The notes beneath the pieces were generated by a model. The model was not told the DNA's origin and ran no database searches. It saw nothing but the letters and a program-made list of their open reading frames with translations. 19,867 bases of DNA from Clostridia bacterium (GTDB lineage Bacteria > Bacillota > Clostridia > UMGS1883). A program made the position numbers and the translations under genes. Positions 16,501-19,867 of this stretch are shown here, in pieces. How positions within the stretch are numbered: position 1 is the stretch's first letter; every line of letters begins with the position of its first letter. The DNA lies in NCBI GenBank assembly GCA_051866635.1, contig JBJDXJ010000008.1:1-19867 (forward strand), written 5' to 3'.

Positions 16501-18933
16501 GAATACCATTTTAACCTGGTTGGGAAGGTTAATGCCTCCATCACCACGCACGTGGTTAACGTAGGGGGATTCAAACTCTATCATATCTGCCTCGTGGTAA
16601 GTAACCGTTAGGGTGTTTTCACCTTCGGAAACCATTATAGAGGGAGATATGTTCACATCTTCAATAAGATAGAGAACATCGCCTTTTTCAATCATTTTAG
16701 GTGCGGAATAGTCTGTGTATTCGACACCTGTTGCAGTCTTTACTTTGTATCCGTCACGGAGAGTATTGCCGTTTTCATCAACGTATTCCACATTTAAGTA
16801 GCTAAATCCCTCAACCCAAGCTGTTTTGTGACTTGTGATTGTAACAGAACCTGTGGAAATCATTCTGTCAATAGAATTTAATGCTCCGTTACGGAATGAT
16901 GCATTTTCGCAAACAGTTTCAAAACTGCCGCCGTTTGCAGAAATTGCCATTGTGTATTTTTTGTTCGTAATATCAATTGTTGTTCTTAAAACATAGGGAA
17001 TGTTATAACCACATACAACGGAGGACTGCTTCCATTCACCGTCGTGGTATTCAAAAACATAGTTGCCGTTAGATTGAGTATTCATGTAACGAAGTAACGC
17101 ACCTGCACCGGAGAAATTGCCTGTGGAAGAGTTACCGTACATGATAAGTTTGTTTGTGCCGCTTTCTGTGCTAAATGCTGTTTCGGCAATAATAACACCG
17201 CCGTTGTAATTGTTTATGTAGTTATAAAGACCAAAGTTTGCACTGTTTGAATCGTCACCTGCATGCCAGAAAGTTTCAACAGTGTGGTCATAAGAGAAAA
17301 CTGTTACAAAGGCTGTTACAGCGGCTGTTTTTTCGTCTGCACCTTCGGCAAAAGTAACACTTACCGTACCTGTAACTGTAACTGTTTCGCCGAGAGGATA
17401 TGTATCGGGTTCATCCCAAGTAATTGTACCGTTTACGATAGAACCAAGGCTACCTTCAACAACTACTTCACCGGGAAGTGTAACAGTGTCGCCATCAAGG
17501 ACTTTTACGGGAGAAAGTGCGGAAACTGACTTAATTTCTTCAACCAAAGTTTCCTGTGCTTCTTCAATTTCATAAAGACCGAACTGGGAAACAATTCTGC
17601 CTTCAGCCCAGGGGAAGACTACACGAATAAATTCGTCTGTTGCGGTAAATACAATATTGTTCTTGCCTTTAACCGATGAATTCTGGTCTTTAAGTGTGTT
17701 TGTAGCAGAATCAATAAGTACACTGCTGCCTTCTGTAACCTTTGCCCATTCGATTGCCTCGTCCAAAGTAAAGGTTAAGAAGTATGTTTTGCCAACCTCA
17801 ACATCCCATGCACGGTAGAGTGCTGCTTCGGAAGCAGAACCGCCGCCGTTTAAAATTTTTACAGCACTGTTCTCTGCAAGGAAGTTTGCCGCTGTTGCCT
17901 GTTTGCCCATAGCGGAGTACCAACCGGCCAAACCGTAAGCAAAATCGCTGTTGGGGATAAGGTTATTTGATTTTACATCGTACTGCTTGCCGTTTTGTGC
18001 CAGAACATCGCCCACTTTATACTCACCGCTGTTTATAGCAGGAGTCATTTCAATTTTGGAAGACTCTGTAAGTGTTACAGCCTCTGTGGTATAGAGAACG
18101 TTTTCACCGTTTGCAGAATAAGCATATGCATCAAAAGTTACGCCTGTTTCGCCTTTTGCTGTATCGTATCTCTTTTTAGCTGTTTGTACACTGTTGCCGT
18201 TTGCAACGTATTCAGCTACAACCTCAACTGTTGTTTCACTGTTTGAAACAGTTGAAATTGTAAGGTCTGCAAAGCCGATATGCGTGTAACTTGTCCACCA
18301 ACCTTCGCTGCCTTCGATTGAGCCGAAGCCTGATACTGTGCCTGAAATAGCAGAATCTGTGTAAACATTTTTGCCTGCCACATAGTATTCAACGCTGTGT
18401 GTTTCGCCGTCATCATTGTTGTATGCTACAAGCGCCATATCGGTGTAGTTTGCAGGGAAGCCCATTTTGTGAGTGTCGGTTACATCCGTATGGTTCTTAT
18501 CAAGCGTTATGGTTGTAATCTCGTTGCCTAATGCATCGCGGAATGTGAAAGTGTAGTAGCAGTCATTATCGCTCTGCCCCTTGTGCTTCCATTCAATAAC
18601 AAGCATATCGCCGTTTTGAGAAGCTTCCTTAACTGCATCAGATGCAGTTACTGTTGCCTCAAGATTAATCTGATAGGCACTGTAAAACTGAAGAACGTCA
18701 TATCCGTCATAAGTTCTTAAGTTTGCGTAGCTGCCTGAAGAAGACCAACCTTCCCATTCAGTTGAAACTGCGGCATCATAAAGACCGCCTTTATCAGGTG
18801 CGGACCATACAATCTCGCCGCCTAAAGATGCGGCAACAGTATTTGTCTCTGCCGCATTTGTGCTGATTGCAGGAACAACGGACAAAACCATCGCAAGAGC
18901 CATCAGCAGTGCTGAAAACCTTTTTAGTTTCAT
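13591..18933 (-). CDS. Large secreted multidomain protein B (about 1780 aa): beta-sandwich and CBM4/9-like N-terminal modules, Ig-like and lectin-like modules, BNR_4-type beta-propeller. Paralogue of gene A.
   Basis: Start moved to ATG 18933 (MKLKRFSALL..., GGAGG RBS at 18941-18945, signal peptide ending TNA-AE). NLIPNSDF..GLAGW CBM4/9-like start. Same GGWNW, DDHNNP, RPYTKY and SDDHGATW motifs as gene A. Confidence 0.8.
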   Translation of the reverse strand: MKLKRFSALLMALAMVLSVVPAISTNAAETNTVAASLGGEIVWSAPDKGGLYDAAVSTEWEGWSSSGSYANLRTYDGYDVLQFYSAYQINLEATVTASDAVKEASQNGDMLVIEWKHKGQSDNDCYYTFTFRDALGNEITTITLDKNHTDVTDTHKMGFPANYTDMALVAYNNDDGETHSVEYYVAGKNVYTDSAISGTVSGFGSIEGSEGWWTSYTHIGFADLTISTVSNSETTVEVVAEYVANGNSVQTAKKRYDTAKGETGVTFDAYAYSANGENVLYTTEAVTLTESSKIEMTPAINSGEYKVGDVLAQNGKQYDVKSNNLIPNSDFAYGLAGWYSAMGKQATAANFLAENSAVKILNGGGSASEAALYRAWDVEVGKTYFLTFTLDEAIEWAKVTEGSSVLIDSATNTLKDQNSSVKGKNNIVFTATDEFIRVVFPWAEGRIVSQFGLYEIEEAQETLVEEIKSVSALSPVKVLDGDTVTLPGEVVVEGSLGSIVNGTITWDEPDTYPLGETVTVTGTVSVTFAEGADEKTAAVTAFVTVFSYDHTVETFWHAGDDSNSANFGLYNYINNYNGGVIIAETAFSTESGTNKLIMYGNSSTGNFSGAGALLRYMNTQSNGNYVFEYHDGEWKQSSVVCGYNIPYVLRTTIDITNKKYTMAISANGGSFETVCENASFRNGALNSIDRMISTGSVTITSHKTAWVEGFSYLNVEYVDENGNTLRDGYKVKTATGVEYTDYSAPKMIEKGDVLYLIEDVNISPSIMVSEGENTLTVTYHEADMIEFESPYVNHVRGDGGINLPNQVKMVFSDGQKILYNVVWDTTAVNTEIIGEYEAIGTIDGIEMKAKATVNVRDLEILDKTTENTVVTNNGGWNWYVEPSGTHIQPGDALATRYESGQYSSNNGYVFKHDKTYMGWVEDEGTIVVGEYDHDTDEYKRVVIHEFLEADDHNNPAVVVLPDGRIMVFYSKHTTENRMYYCVSKNPEDISEWNPWQYYYCYTEPDNTTYNATYPTVFMVHDDCGIEGNDVIYVGWRGVHWKPTLAKFSMPDENGVIQTIMGQTQFANTSYYSYDDGGRNDGGRRPYTKYDYDFDRNKIYITFTANHPDNDVNNHIYYVTLDITDQNLYTAKGTYLQPLPFENKAEYVTQGADGTNGQWGVITNKLVGTYPELLVFDANEQITSGGERRGWTWDIKVNKKGEPCIVYVDVTATAPGENGELPTWYGPSVNDSTRSHHYYWYARWDSDTETWVKTFLTYGGKWWHENATQERCYSGGLTFDHNAEDANVIYLSIPTMGEYGNIFEIYRWESDDHGATWTIREPITQNSKINNARPNAIYNYKVDEDGNHAGPRLLWKSGEYRYWMNYEYKTGVWTDWADDGFITQDDPEMFADAALLVNGEKVDTLPVGDDVTIVGKFNITNISIGDGSVLTALAHYNKDGALVEVKTVNETIPARSVPQIGMIGAPKTEDGSLSTMGDEEVIVEIKYTATFNEGDSVKLLAWNRGIEHPMSDITSVVFEMSTAGNKYAFAETFTYEGTEKLILDENGENFNGWIGKAYNGDDAAFGTHSYAAITKAPFGNTGLHLYHVGSGGATGSGAVMASHALPDTNGKDYQIKFSMRYIDEMSWNNTTNAGFTLSHGVPIFNDGDATPCAIQFRHASSWRHYNGRGTTGYLRRTRWFDGGGLSWIFDSGIYSEYGRGNEYDALMTGSNYEVTIDVSPSNKTISFSIFDGHRTVYHTESYVDATTYDWDNNPIDTLTFSVGNDKWGEIYIDDVTVEIMD

Positions 18934-18964
18934 TTCATTTCCTCCTATATTATGATATAAGTAT

Positions 18965-18993
18965 ATTCTACTACTATAATGCAATTTAGTCAA
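18965..18993 (-). promoter_or_regulatory. SigmaA promoter of gene B
   Basis: TTGACT-N17-TAGAAT upstream of the GGAGG RBS. Confidence 0.7.
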
Positions 18994-19026
18994 TGACATT
19001 TTGCTATTATGCGGGAAACTGTGCAG

Positions 19027-19057
19027 AAAAAACCGCCCGTCATAAATTGACGGGCGG
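19027..19057 (-). terminator. Intrinsic terminator of the PAP2 gene
   Basis: CCGCCCGTCA-N5-TGACGGGCGG followed by T6 on the - strand. Confidence 0.9.
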
Positions 19058-19072
19058 AATCAAGTAAACTCT

Positions 19073-19717
19073 CTATTGTACAACTGCAACAGAAGGTTCC
19101 CGGGCATCTTTTCTGTATGCAAATTTTTCCAAGAAAAACATAAGAATAAAAGATGCTAAAACATCAATAATACTGTGCTGTTTTAAGCTGACCGTTGAAA
19201 TACATACCAAAATGAAAAATACCAAAGAGCAATTTTTAATCCACTGTTTATCTTTCAAAAGGGAGGAACGGCAAATTGCAATATGTGCACAAAAAGTGTC
19301 CAGAACATGAATTGAAGGACACACGTTTGTGGGAGTGTCAGTGTAATAAATAATATTCACAATGTAAGAGAAAATATTATCCGCTTCAACAAAATGCTTT
19401 GTACGCACCCCGTTGGGAAAAACAGCATAAATTAAAAGGCATATCATATTTCCGAAAAACATCATTTTTGCCATGTGCCAGAAAGAGTCACGGTCCTTGT
19501 GCATAAAGCCGAGCAAAGTACCCGGAACAAATATAAACCACAAAAGGTAAGGAATGATGAAATACTCGCAAAAGGGAATGTAATCATCAAAGAAGGAGTG
19601 GATTATATATTTGGGTCTTGTTACTTCTTCTAACACTAAAAATATGGAAAAATACACTATTGTGTAGCAAATGGTAAAAATCATTGGATGTTTTTTACAA
19701 AAGTCCTTTACTTTCAC
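19073..19717 (-). CDS. PAP2-superfamily membrane phosphoesterase/phosphotransferase (AUR1/IPC-synthase-like)
   Basis: Multiple TM helices, DDYIPF, DTPTNVCPSIHV and STVSLKQHSIIDV catalytic His motifs. GTG start with GAAGGTG RBS. Confidence 0.85.
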   Translation of the reverse strand: MKVKDFCKKHPMIFTICYTIVYFSIFLVLEEVTRPKYIIHSFFDDYIPFCEYFIIPYLLWFIFVPGTLLGFMHKDRDSFWHMAKMMFFGNMICLLIYAVFPNGVRTKHFVEADNIFSYIVNIIYYTDTPTNVCPSIHVLDTFCAHIAICRSSLLKDKQWIKNCSLVFFILVCISTVSLKQHSIIDVLASFILMFFLEKFAYRKDAREPSVAVVQ

Positions 19718-19744
19718 AAAATCACCTTCTTAACATACAAAAGA

Positions 19745-19773
19745 ATTATAGTGTCCAAATGCTAAAAAGTCAA
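19745..19773 (-). promoter_or_regulatory. SigmaA promoter of the PAP2 gene
   Basis: TTGACT-N17-TATAAT. Confidence 0.8.
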
Positions 19774-19867
19774 TGAATAAAATGTAAATATTGTTGATGT
19801 TTTATTTATATTGGTAAATTGCAAAACGAGAGTCCCGTTTGTAAAACAAAAATCCCATTTTGTAAAT

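Noticed and set aside
8740-18416. Many 60-160-aa ORFs within the two giant genes
   Set aside because: Antisense or frame-shadow ORFs expected from codon bias. Their mutual similarity only mirrors the gene duplication.
8602-18933. Diversity-generating retroelement or phase-variable cassette explaining the paralogy
   Set aside because: No reverse transcriptase or recombinase. Both copies are intact genes, and the differences include indels and are not adenine-specific.
18934-18999. 22-aa N-terminal extension of the 1802-aa track ORF
   Set aside because: It overlaps the promoter and RBS. The signal peptide begins at ATG 18933.
8244-19000. tRNA-anchored genomic island carrying the two giant genes
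   Set aside because: No integrase and no duplicated tRNA 3' end. The genes lie on the tRNA's 5' side.

Overview
A 19.9-kb chromosomal window from a low-GC, probably spore-forming Clostridia-type bacterium. The left part (1-8320) is core genome. It holds a spoVM-like 23-aa gene and a 48-aa membrane peptide gene, both missed by the ORF track, on the - strand. On the + strand follow a divergent 45-aa ORF, the large (Alu-domain) SRP RNA, dnaX, ybaB/ebfC, recR, yaaL (DUF2508), addA with no adjacent addB, and a membrane-anchored acidic protein. These converge on a tRNA-Gly(GCC) flanked by unusually dense inverted repeats. The right part (8600-19720, - strand) has two tandem giant secreted paralogues (1620 and about 1780 aa). 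They share about 1250 aa of lectin-like, Ig-like and BNR_4-type beta-propeller modules plus the C-terminal modules, but have unrelated N-termini. Each has its own sigmaA promoter and terminator. A PAP2-family gene lies upstream. The best candidates for new biology are the paralogue pair (an uncharacterised secreted glycan-processing system with no recognisable anchor), the nested inverted-repeat element at 8029-8186, and the small-protein sporulation locus. No CRISPR, integrase or transposase is seen. Family assignments come from motif recognition only; no searches were run.
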